This document shows, piece by piece, positions 45,912-54,758 of a DNA stretch of 64,000 nt. Position 1 is the first letter of the stretch. Each line of letters starts with the position of its first letter. The notes under the pieces are model-generated. The model did not search any database and was not told where the DNA came from. It was given only the letters and a program-made list of their open reading frames with translations. Location of the stretch: assembly GCA_041662565.1 (NCBI GenBank), contig JBAZSE010000001.1, forward strand, positions 193,084 through 257,083, written 5' to 3'. A program made the translations under genes and the position numbers. This DNA comes from Patescibacteria group bacterium (GTDB lineage Bacteria; Patescibacteriota; Patescibacteriia; UBA1558; UBA10009).

Positions 45912-47003
45912 ATGAAAATTGAATTACATAAAATTCCAGTATATAAGGTGATTGCCGGTTACAGGGATAGCGCCGAGGAGGGCGTGGTGGCTTATAGCGG
46001 TAAACTTGATATTCGTCCGAAGTATCAGCGTGAGTTTGTCTACAAGGGTCACCAGCGTGACGCCGTTATAAAGACAATCAAAAACGGTTTTCCTCTTAAC
46101 GTGATGTATTGGGTTAAAACTGACGAGGGTAACTTTGAGGTTTTAGACGGCCAACAGCGTACTATTAGCGTAGGCCAATATGTAAACGGAGATTTTTCAC
46201 TTAATGATCGTTTTTTTCATAACTTGACTAATGAGGAACAAAGGCAGATTTTGGATTATGAACTCATGATTTATTTTTGCGAGGGCACGGACAAAGAACG
46301 GCTAGACTGGTTCAGGATAATTAATATTGCTGGAGAAAAATTGACTGACCAGGAATTGCGCAATGCAGTGTACACCGGCTCATGGTTGAGTGATGCTAAA
46401 TTGAAATTTAGCAAATCAAACTGTGCGGCATATCATCTAGCAAATGATGGCGGACAATTAGTAAGTGGATCACCAATACGACAAGAGTATTTGGAAACGG
46501 CACTTTCGTGGATTAACGATGGCAAGATAGAGGACTACATGGCTAAGCATCAGCATAATAAGAACGCTGACGAGCTGTGGGAATATTTTCAGAGTGTAAT
46601 TGCATGGGTACGAAAGACTTTTACAAATTATCGTCGAGAAATGAGCGGTGTACAATGGGGCGAACTGCATAACAAATTCAAAGACAAGAAACTGAACGCT
46701 GGCAAATTAGAAGCCGAAATCAAAGATTTAATGCAAGATGAAGATGTAACGAAAAAATCCGGTATTTATCCGTATGTTTTAACTCAAAATGAAAAATTTC
46801 TAAACATCCGTGCTTTTACCGATAAACAAAAGAGAGAGGCCTACGAAAGACGGAAAGGCGTTTGTGCAAAGTGTAAAAAATCTTTTGAAATTGGAGAAAT
46901 GGAAGCTGATCATATAAAACCTTGGCATGAGGGCGGTAAAACTGTTTCAGAAAATTGCCAGATGTTATGTAAGCAAGATAACAGAACTAAGTCTGGAAAA
47001 TAA
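45912..47003 (+). CDS. DUF262 (ParB/GmrS-like) + HNH endonuclease
   Basis: RPKYQREFVY, VLDGQQRT, F..IN..G..L...EL; C-terminal CxxC...ADHIKPW..GG.T..NCQMLC..DN. Confidence 0.85.
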   Translation: MKIELHKIPVYKVIAGYRDSAEEGVVAYSGKLDIRPKYQREFVYKGHQRDAVIKTIKNGFPLNVMYWVKTDEGNFEVLDGQQRTISVGQYVNGDFSLNDRFFHNLTNEEQRQILDYELMIYFCEGTDKERLDWFRIINIAGEKLTDQELRNAVYTGSWLSDAKLKFSKSNCAAYHLANDGGQLVSGSPIRQEYLETALSWINDGKIEDYMAKHQHNKNADELWEYFQSVIAWVRKTFTNYRREMSGVQWGELHNKFKDKKLNAGKLEAEIKDLMQDEDVTKKSGIYPYVLTQNEKFLNIRAFTDKQKREAYERRKGVCAKCKKSFEIGEMEADHIKPWHEGGKTVSENCQMLCKQDNRTKSGK

Positions 47004-47094
47004 AAACGGCAGTATTAAGATTTAATAGATTGTATGTATTTATTGCAAAATTTTAAGAAAAGTGATAAAGTCATGGTGAATTATCTATAAAAAT

Positions 47095-48120
47095 ATGGAC
47101 AAAAAAGCATTTATTCAACAAATTGAAAAATTAAGGAATTCTAAGGTTATTACCTATTTAACTAGTGATAGGCAGGGTCCTGTTAACGCTAGAATTGCCA
47201 TGGATATAGTGCCTATTATAAGCAAGCAGTTAATGGCTATTGGTAAAACTGAAAATATCGATCTATTTTTGTATAGTTCGGGTGGCGACACCATGGTGCC
47301 ATGGAGATTGGTTTCCATGATCCGCGAATACTGCGAAAAATTTTCAGTTATCATTCCATATAAAGCTCATAGTTCCGCAACTATGATTTCTTTAGGCGCT
47401 GATGAAATTGTTATGAGTAATCTTTCAGAGCTTTCGCCAATTGATCCATCAACAGCTAATGTTTTTAATCCTAGTGATCCACAGAATCCTCAAAATAAAA
47501 TTCCTATCTCTGTAGAAGATGTGATGGCTTATTTTGATCTAGCAAAGAATAAGTTTGGCATTAAAAATGACGAAGATCTGGCTAAGATTTTTAATAAATT
47601 TGTGGAAGCCAATCCTCAAATTCATCCTTTGGCCCTAGGTAATATTAATAGGACTCATAATTTAATACGTAACCTCGCTAAGCGTTTACTAAAAAGTCAT
47701 AAAACGCCAATGAGGGAAGAAGAAATTGGTAAAATTGTTGATGATTTTACGGAAAAACTATATTCCCACCAATATTTTATTGGTCGTAAAGAAGCTAAGG
47801 AGGATTTAGGTTTAAAAAATGTTGTTTTTGCTGATGAAAGTTTAGCTAAAGCAATGACCGATTTATACGAAGAATATGCTAGGGAAATGGAATTTGGGAT
47901 TATGTGGAGTCCGGAAAATGAACTTGGTCTTAATGTTATGCAAAACACGAAAGATTATAAGATTGCTTTTATTGAGAGTGATAGTATTATTAATTGTTTT
48001 GAGTTAAAAATTGAATATAGGAAACAACAGATTAATATTATTCAACAAACTCCTCAGGGTCCAATCCAGGTGCCTCAAGAGCAGGTTGGATTTAAGATCG
48101 TTGAGCAGGGTTGGAAATAA
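47095..48120 (+). CDS. SDH_sah/ClpP-like serine protease
   Basis: LYSSGGD, AHSSATMISLGADEI, LSPIDP, LYSH. Confidence 0.75.
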   Translation: MDKKAFIQQIEKLRNSKVITYLTSDRQGPVNARIAMDIVPIISKQLMAIGKTENIDLFLYSSGGDTMVPWRLVSMIREYCEKFSVIIPYKAHSSATMISLGADEIVMSNLSELSPIDPSTANVFNPSDPQNPQNKIPISVEDVMAYFDLAKNKFGIKNDEDLAKIFNKFVEANPQIHPLALGNINRTHNLIRNLAKRLLKSHKTPMREEEIGKIVDDFTEKLYSHQYFIGRKEAKEDLGLKNVVFADESLAKAMTDLYEEYAREMEFGIMWSPENELGLNVMQNTKDYKIAFIESDSIINCFELKIEYRKQQINIIQQTPQGPIQVPQEQVGFKIVEQGWK

Positions 48121-48147
48121 ACTTTAATTAACATAAAAAATTTAACT

Positions 48148-48537
48148 ATGTCAAAACCAGTATTAAATTATATTATAATTTGTGAATCAGTGATAGTATC
48201 AGAGGATGGAAAATTTTCTATATTAAATATTTTTAGTGAAATTAATGCTAAACAATTTCCCGCAGCCCATCCAAAATTTGTTATTGTTAGTAATACCAAG
48301 GGGGAGCCTGGTAATTATAAACAAAAAATAGAAATCGTTAATTTACAAGATAATTCAGTAGCGGCTAAGGTTGAGTCAAGTTTTGGAATTAAAGAGGGCG
48401 GTATTAATGTTTTTTTTGGCAATTTTGTTAACACCATTTTTAATAATTCTGGCAAATATTGGATAAAAGTTACTTATGATGATAAAGATGTGGTCACTAA
48501 TGAAAATGATAACTTTTTCTTTGTTAAGCAGTTATAG
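48148..48537 (+). CDS. Small beta-rich hypothetical protein (DUF6941-like)
   Basis: IICE......GKFSILNIF..I....FP...P...G.Y.I pattern. Confidence 0.55.
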   Translation: MSKPVLNYIIICESVIVSEDGKFSILNIFSEINAKQFPAAHPKFVIVSNTKGEPGNYKQKIEIVNLQDNSVAAKVESSFGIKEGGINVFFGNFVNTIFNNSGKYWIKVTYDDKDVVTNENDNFFFVKQL

Positions 48538-48545
48538 TTGTGTAT

Positions 48546-49082
48546 ATGAAAAATTTTGAGTTTAAAACAAATGATGATACTTCTACTACGACCAAGTCTG
48601 ATACATTAATCAGCGAAAGCGAGATAGGGGGAACTTTAAAATTTTTAAATGATCAAATTGTCAAGTTACAAGATAAGGCTAATGAGACAGCTGAAGATTT
48701 TAATCGTTTGGAAGGGCGTACTAACGTATTTAGTAATTTTATAATGGGATTAACATCTTTAGTAGCCGGAGTATTTTTTATTAGTGGAATATTTATTTTT
48801 TTAGATTATTGGAAATATAACCCGGAAAGGTTTGAAAAATTTATGGATAAAACAGAAGAAATTAAAGATAATTTTTATACAAAACAAGAAATGGATAAAA
48901 ATATCAATAATCATTATTTAACTATTAAAGATCAGTTAAATAAGGCTTTTGGCTTTGAAGTGGATTTAGATAATCAAAGTCAAGAGCTTGGGGAATTACG
49001 CAAGAGCAATGAATATTTATTAAAAGTAATTAATTGCCAAAAGGATAAGAGATATTGGCAATTTGAACAATGTTATAAATAA
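48546..49082 (+). CDS. Single-TM coiled-coil hypothetical protein
   Basis: Coiled coil-TM-coiled coil; last gene of the AT-rich island. Confidence 0.6.
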   Translation: MKNFEFKTNDDTSTTTKSDTLISESEIGGTLKFLNDQIVKLQDKANETAEDFNRLEGRTNVFSNFIMGLTSLVAGVFFISGIFIFLDYWKYNPERFEKFMDKTEEIKDNFYTKQEMDKNINNHYLTIKDQLNKAFGFEVDLDNQSQELGELRKSNEYLLKVINCQKDKRYWQFEQCYK

Positions 49083-49196
49083 TAAATATTTTTTATTTTA
49101 TAAAATTTTTCCCTTTCTGTGGGATTTTTTATTTTCTTGATCCCCCTCTAAAATCATGCTATAATTCCTAAACAATTTAAATAAATTTGGCCTAAA

Positions 49197-49326
49197 CTCT
49201 AGCTATTGCTGGGGCATGGTATAAAATCGTTGAACACATCCAACCCGTCATTCAGGGCGTGTTCAACGTTGCGTAGGGAAACTTACGTAAGGCCCGCAAG
49301 GGCCTCCTGGTGGCGGGTTTTGTGTT
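49197..49326 (+). ncRNA. Candidate switchable structured leader RNA
   Basis: TTGATC-17-TATAAT promoter at 49137-49165; two GNRA hairpins; competing helices. Confidence 0.55.
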
Positions 49327-49369
49327 TCCGACATTTTAAGTCAGTCATTATTAACTAACTTTTTGTTTT

Positions 49370-49831
49370 ATGCAAACAACAAAAAATAAGGAAGAAATAA
49401 TCAACAAAATTTTAAATATTATTGAAACAGCCAAGCGTGAACAAATAGCTTATGATGTGCCAGATTGCGAGGGAGCGTTATGCTTTGATCTGGATTTTAG
49501 TGATATTACCCAGGCGGAAAAGTATAAAATTGGAGGTATTGCCCTGCATGTTTTTGGCGATTACGTAAAAAAGAGGGTCACTAAAGTGGAACAATCAGCT
49601 ATGTTAAAAATCGGCCAAGATGTGATGCTTGGTTCTTTTTTGGCGGCTAGGTTAGGGCATAAGGAGCTCTCGGACGAAATAACCAGGCGTTTGCTGGAAG
49701 CCCGATTGGGTTTACTAAAAGAAAACAAGGAGTTTAATTTTTATGAGCTTTTAGATCAGCAGTTTACGGAATATTTGGAGTTTTGCCAGCAGTATGACAG
49801 TCAAATTGCTTTGGAAAGAGGGGTTGTTTAA
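49370..49831 (+). CDS. Hypothetical helical protein
   Basis: 153-aa ORF downstream of the structured leader; no recognised motif. Confidence 0.6.
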   Translation: MQTTKNKEEIINKILNIIETAKREQIAYDVPDCEGALCFDLDFSDITQAEKYKIGGIALHVFGDYVKKRVTKVEQSAMLKIGQDVMLGSFLAARLGHKELSDEITRRLLEARLGLLKENKEFNFYELLDQQFTEYLEFCQQYDSQIALERGVV

Positions 49832-49874
49832 GATATCTAAGTTGAGCAAAACTTTTTAAAATGGTAGTATTTAT

Positions 49875-50447
49875 ATGATGATAAAAAATCAAATAAAGCT
49901 ACATCAAAAGAATATTAAATATACTCTTCGAGTTAGCGCACGGGCACGGCAAATGAGGTTGGCGATATACTGTGACGGTAATTTTGTAGTTACGGTTCCG
50001 CAAAATGTGAGTGCTAATATTATAGAACAATTTATTATTACCAAGGCGCAGTGGATACTTAATAAATTGGAATATTTTAAAAGTATTGCTGGGCGGGTAT
50101 TTCCGGGCGGAAATAAAAAAGAGTATTTACAATATAAAGATAAGGCGCAGGTGCTGGCGCAAGAAAGGATAGGGTATTTTAATCAAACCTATAATTTTAA
50201 ATTCCATAAAATCAATATTAAAAATCAAAAGTCCCGCTGGGGCAGTTGTTCTAAAAAAGGCAATTTAAATTTTAATTATAAAATAGCTTTGCTTTCAGCG
50301 CGTTTGGCTGATTATATTATTGTCCACGAATTGTGTCATTTAGGGGAATTTAATCATTCCCGCAAGTTTTGGAATTTGGTGGCCTGCGTGATACCTGATT
50401 ATTTGGCCAGAAGAAATGAATTAAAGAAAAATAGAATTAAAAAATAA
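49875..50447 (+). CDS. YgjP/DUF45 (M48-like) zinc metallohydrolase
   Basis: KSRWGSCS, YIIVHELCHL..NHS..FW. Confidence 0.9.
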   Translation: MMIKNQIKLHQKNIKYTLRVSARARQMRLAIYCDGNFVVTVPQNVSANIIEQFIITKAQWILNKLEYFKSIAGRVFPGGNKKEYLQYKDKAQVLAQERIGYFNQTYNFKFHKINIKNQKSRWGSCSKKGNLNFNYKIALLSARLADYIIVHELCHLGEFNHSRKFWNLVACVIPDYLARRNELKKNRIKK

Positions 50448-50450
50448 AAT

Positions 50451-51674
50451 ATGAAAATAAATAATTATCTCAAATTAGTTATCACCGTTTTAGTTTCTTT
50501 ATCAGCCGGTTATCTTGGTTCATTTTTTACTACCCCGGCTATTCCCACTTGGTATGCCAATCTTGTTAAACCGGCTTTAAATCCGCCCTCATGGGTGTTT
50601 GCGCCCGTGTGGACCATTTTGTTTATTTTAATGGGTATTGCCGCGTATTTAGTGTGGCAAAAAGGTTTTAAACGGCAAGAAGTTAAATACGCTTTGGTTA
50701 TTTTTGCGGGCCAACTGATTTTAAATATTGTTTGGTCGGGTATTTTTTTTGGCTGGCAAAACCCGGGTGTTGCCTTTTTGGAATTAATTGTTTTATGGCT
50801 GGCGATTTTATCAACCATCAAGGTTTTTGCCAAAGTTTCTAAAACCGCGGCTTGGCTGTTAGTGCCATATATTTTATGGGTCAGTTTTGCCGGCTATTTA
50901 AATTTTTCCATCTGGCAGCTTAATAATTCGCCTGCGGTGGTAAAAAACAATTCTATTTTTGATCCCCAAAATTGTGCTTATGTTATAGAAGATCAGCCCG
51001 TTGTTTTAACTAATGGCTTAAGCGTGCAGGATGTTGTTGATGCCAACGCCAAAATTACCACCAAATATTTTGGCAATCAAGTTAATGCCGATTTTAATGC
51101 TGATGGTTTGGTTGATGTTGCTTTTTTGGCAACGCAAACTTCGGGCGGAAGTGGAACATTTTATTATACGCTGGTGGCTTTAAATACTTCTACTGGTTGC
51201 CAGGGTTTGGCAGCAGATTTTATCGGGGATAGAATTGCTCCGCAAACTACCGAATTTAAAGATGAGATGATTATCGTAAATTACGCCGATCGTAAAGCTA
51301 CTGAAAGTTTTGATGTGGCGCCATCAATTGGTTTAAGTAAATACTACAAAATTATTGATGGGCAGTTAAGAGCGGTTGTGCCGCCAATGTTGGATTACCG
51401 TAACGATCCAACCGTATTGGCTATTCAAAAAATGCTGATTGCCAAATATCCCAAGTATGCCAAAACCTTAGCCGTTAACCTTAGGCAGCAAACCGATATT
51501 TACGCTGTGGGTGCCATTAGTTTTGAGCCCGGTGAAGCCGGTGGCCAGTATTTAGCCGTAAAAGAAGGGGATAGCTGGCAATTGGTTTACGAAGGCAATG
51601 GCAGTGTTGATTGCGTTGCCATTAAGCAAAATTATCAATTTCCAACCGAAATGCTAGCCGGCTTTTGTGATTAA
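50451..51674 (+). CDS. TspO/MBR protein fused to a large extracellular region
   Basis: WYANLVKP.LNPP.WVFAPVWT and LVPYILWVSFA TspO motifs, then about 250 extra residues. Confidence 0.85.
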   Translation: MKINNYLKLVITVLVSLSAGYLGSFFTTPAIPTWYANLVKPALNPPSWVFAPVWTILFILMGIAAYLVWQKGFKRQEVKYALVIFAGQLILNIVWSGIFFGWQNPGVAFLELIVLWLAILSTIKVFAKVSKTAAWLLVPYILWVSFAGYLNFSIWQLNNSPAVVKNNSIFDPQNCAYVIEDQPVVLTNGLSVQDVVDANAKITTKYFGNQVNADFNADGLVDVAFLATQTSGGSGTFYYTLVALNTSTGCQGLAADFIGDRIAPQTTEFKDEMIIVNYADRKATESFDVAPSIGLSKYYKIIDGQLRAVVPPMLDYRNDPTVLAIQKMLIAKYPKYAKTLAVNLRQQTDIYAVGAISFEPGEAGGQYLAVKEGDSWQLVYEGNGSVDCVAIKQNYQFPTEMLAGFCD

Positions 51675-51690
51675 AAATAATGTATCAAAT

Positions 51691-51773
51691 TTGACAAAGG
51701 TAGTTATTTTTCTTAAGATATTAATATAATAAACAGGGTCAAGTAGCTATTATTAATGGCTTTGGCCTTTTTT
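51691..51773 (+). promoter_or_regulatory. Promoter plus AAACAGGGTCAA hairpin upstream of the PemK-like toxin
   Basis: TTGACA-17-TAAGAT; agggtcaagtagctatt/aatggctttggcctt plus T run. Confidence 0.65.
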
Positions 51774-51779
51774 ATTTCC

Positions 51780-52172
51780 ATGGATAAAGAATTTCAAAAA
51801 TGGCATTCTAAAAAAGAAAAATTACATAATGAAGCGTTAAGGTTGTTTTTTCATGAAAGAGAAGTTTGGTGGTGTTCTTTGGGGGTGAATATAGGTTTTG
51901 AACAAGATGGTAAGGGGGTTATTTTTTCTAGACCTATCCTGGTCCTAAAAAAATTTAACAACGAGGTATTTTGGGCATTATCCTTAACTACTAAGATAAA
52001 ACAGGGCAAGTTTTATGCCCCAGTTATTCTAAATGATAATGTACCCAGGTGTGTGATTGTTTCTCAGCTTCGTTTGATTGATGCTAAGCGGCTCATTGAT
52101 AAAATCGGCACAATCGGCAAAGAAAATTATAATCAAATTAAAAAAACAACCATAAATCTTTTTGATTCATAG
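51780..52172 (+). CDS. PemK/MazF-family endoribonuclease toxin with no adjacent protein antitoxin
   Basis: REVWWCSLGVNIGFEQDGKG..FSRPILV, LTT, SQLRLIDAKRL..KIG. Confidence 0.85.
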   Translation: MDKEFQKWHSKKEKLHNEALRLFFHEREVWWCSLGVNIGFEQDGKGVIFSRPILVLKKFNNEVFWALSLTTKIKQGKFYAPVILNDNVPRCVIVSQLRLIDAKRLIDKIGTIGKENYNQIKKTTINLFDS

Positions 52173-52227
52173 TCGTTCATTTCTGGGTAGCTTTTTTAGA
52201 GCCAACCCGAGGCCGAAGCCATTTATA
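52170..52227 (-). ncRNA. Candidate convergent small RNA after the PemK gene
   Basis: Minus-strand TTGACA-16-TAAAGT (TG-extended) at 52260..52233; GGC-UUCG-GCC and GGGU..GC/GC..ACCC hairpins. Confidence 0.5.
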
Positions 52228-52316
52228 AATATACTTTAACATATCAATAAAGCTTGTCAAGACGGTTATTTGACAAAACCCTTTATTTTCAATAAGATAA
52301 GCCGACAAAACACTAT

Positions 52317-52574
52317 ATGGAACGTCTTAAAGAAATTATTGAATTAATAGAAATAACCGGCGATAAATGCATTATTTTACAGCCGGATAAAGGGGCTTAT
52401 GTTGTCATGAAAATGTCGGATTATAGAGTTTTGGTGGAAAATGGCTTAAAAATAAGGCCAACTCCACAAATCAGCTCTTTTGCCAGGCCCGAAACAGATA
52501 TAAAACTGTACGAAATTCCCCAAATTGGCCAAAAAAACGCTGAAGCAGATATTTATTATCCCGAACCTGCTTAA
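52317..52574 (+). CDS. Small hypothetical protein
   Basis: TGDKCII...AYVVM...Y; C-terminal YYPEP; TTGACA promoter upstream. Confidence 0.6.
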   Translation: MERLKEIIELIEITGDKCIILQPDKGAYVVMKMSDYRVLVENGLKIRPTPQISSFARPETDIKLYEIPQIGQKNAEADIYYPEPA

Positions 52575-52884
52575 GCACACAAAAGGGCCTGCCCCGACTT
52601 CGCTTTAGCGAACTTCGTGGCTAATGTTAGTAAAGTGGGGATAGAGCAATTTTATTTAAGATATAAAATGGCTTGTCTTAAATCTTACAAAGTTCAATTT
52701 TATGGCTAATATTAGCCATAAATTAGTTTAAAAAGCAAAATTAAATCAATAGTGGTCAGGGGTACTTGCATTTTTTTTTACAACTTGCTATAATCAACCC
52801 TGACTTTTAAATAATTAATTTAGACGGCTGGGTAAAACTGCTCTACTATCAGGGCAGGCCGTTATCAAAAAAGGAGTATTTCAT

Positions 52885-54072
52885 ATGGCTGAAGCATTTG
52901 ATCGCTCAAAGCCCCACGTCAATATCGGAACCATTGGTCACGTTGACCACGGCAAAACCACCTTAACCGCCTGTATTTTAAATTACATCGCGGCTACCGG
53001 CGGTAAAGCCCAAAAGAAAAACGTTGATCAGATTGATAACGCTCCGGAAGAAAAAGAGCGCGGTATTACTATTGCCACTGCTCACGTGGAATATGAAACA
53101 GCCAAAAGGCATTATGCCCACGTTGACTGTCCAGGACACGCCGACTACGTTAAAAACATGATTACCGGCGCAGCTCAGATGGACGGCGCAATTTTAGTCG
53201 TTAGCGCTGCTGACGGCCCTATGCCTCAAACCCGCGAGCACATTTTGTTGGCTCGTCAGGTTGGTGTACCTTATATTGTAGTTTTCTTAAACAAAGTAGA
53301 TCAAGTTACCGATCCTGAATTAATTGATTTGGTTGAAGAAGAAGTTAGGGATTTATTGAAGAAATATGAATTCCCTGGCGATGAAACCCCAATTATCAGA
53401 GGTTCGGCTTTAAAGGCCTTGGAAGATCCAAAAGGTGAATACGGCGCCGCTATTCAAAAACTGTTGGATGCCGTTGATAGCTACATTCCGGAACCTGTTA
53501 GAGATATTGCCAAACCTTTCTTAATGCCTGTTGAAGATATCTTTTCCATTGAAGGCCGCGGCACCGTTGTTACCGGTAGAATCGAAAGAGGCGTGGTTAA
53601 AATCAATGAAGAATTGGAAATTATCGGTTTGGGTGATACTAAAAAAACCGTTATTACCGGTATTGAAATGTTTAACAAGTCCTTGGACGAAGGCCGAGCT
53701 GGCGATAATGCCGGATTGCTTTTAAGAGGCACTAAAAAAGAAGAAATTCAAAGAGGTCAGGTTTTGGCTAAACCGGGTAGTGTTACCCCTCATGCCGAAT
53801 TTGAATCCGAAGTTTATATCTTAAGCAAGGATGAAGGCGGTAGACACACTCCTTTCTTTAAGGGCTATAAACCTCAATTCTACATTAGAACCACCGATGT
53901 TACCGGAGAAGTGGAATTGCCGGAAGGCGTGGAAATGGTTATGCCTGGGGATACCATTACCTTCAAAATTAAGTTAATTCAACCGGTTGCTTTGGAAGAA
54001 AAGCAGAGATTTGCCATTCGAGAAGGCGGTCATACTGTTGGCGCCGGCGTTGTAACCAAGTTTATTAAATAA
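52885..54072 (+). CDS. tuf: Elongation factor Tu
   Basis: [26 protein letters not shown]; aaggag SD. Confidence 0.99.
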   Translation: MAEAFDRSKPHVNIGTIGHVDHGKTTLTACILNYIAATGGKAQKKNVDQIDNAPEEKERGITIATAHVEYETAKRHYAHVDCPGHADYVKNMITGAAQMDGAILVVSAADGPMPQTREHILLARQVGVPYIVVFLNKVDQVTDPELIDLVEEEVRDLLKKYEFPGDETPIIRGSALKALEDPKGEYGAAIQKLLDAVDSYIPEPVRDIAKPFLMPVEDIFSIEGRGTVVTGRIERGVVKINEELEIIGLGDTKKTVITGIEMFNKSLDEGRAGDNAGLLLRGTKKEEIQRGQVLAKPGSVTPHAEFESEVYILSKDEGGRHTPFFKGYKPQFYIRTTDVTGEVELPEGVEMVMPGDTITFKIKLIQPVALEEKQRFAIREGGHTVGAGVVTKFIK

Positions 54073-54082
54073 TTTTCAAATT

Positions 54083-54116
54083 CCCTCCCTCGCTTTTTTA
54101 AGCGGGGGAGGGTTTA
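54083..54116 (+). terminator. Hairpin, possible partial terminator between tuf and rpsJ
   Basis: ccctccctcgct/agcgggggaggg stem with a short T tail. Confidence 0.55.
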
Positions 54117-54142
54117 TAAAACATTAAACAGTTCTTTCAACA

Positions 54143-54517
54143 ATGACTACCACTAAAACAGCAGCTAAAACAGAAACAGGAGTAATCGCCGCTAAAACCG
54201 AAAGCCAGCCGATTCCCAAGGTCAGAATAAAGATCAGGGCTTATGATCATAAAATTATTGATCAATCAGCCAAGACCATTATTGAAACCGCCAAAAGGAC
54301 CGGCGCTGAAGTGTTGGGCCCGATTCCTTTACCGACCGAAAAGAGCAAGTACACTGTTTTAAAATCAACTTTTGTCCACAAAGATGCCCGTGACCAGTAT
54401 GAATTGCGCATCCACAAAAGATTGATCGATATTGTTAATTTAACGCCTAAAACCATTGATTCATTGATGAACTTAAGCTTACCGGCAGGCGTTGATGTGG
54501 AAATTAAGATGAGTTAA
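54143..54517 (+). CDS. rpsJ: 30S ribosomal protein S10
   Basis: [32 protein letters not shown]. Confidence 0.98.
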   Translation: MTTTKTAAKTETGVIAAKTESQPIPKVRIKIRAYDHKIIDQSAKTIIETAKRTGAEVLGPIPLPTEKSKYTVLKSTFVHKDARDQYELRIHKRLIDIVNLTPKTIDSLMNLSLPAGVDVEIKMS

Positions 54518-54758
54518 ATTATTTCCCTAAGTTTGATTCAAGTAACCCCTATTTAAGGGAAGTGCTTAAAAAGAATTTCTGGGGAAGTGAAAGTTTGAAA
54601 ATCAGAGAAATTTACAATTGGCTTGTGCAACATCTAGCAAATTGATGTTAACAAAGGCCGCGATGTTACCTGGAATCACTCGGGTTTGCTACAAAGCAAC
54701 TTTCGAAGAAATGGGGTAGTATCACGGTTTTTGGTTTAAACACAGATGTATATCGTTT

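Noticed and set aside
49216-49224. Mini-ORF ATG GTA TAA in the 49.2-kb leader as a fifth attenuator peptide
   Set aside because: Only two codons and no amino-acid cluster; it cannot be distinguished from chance.
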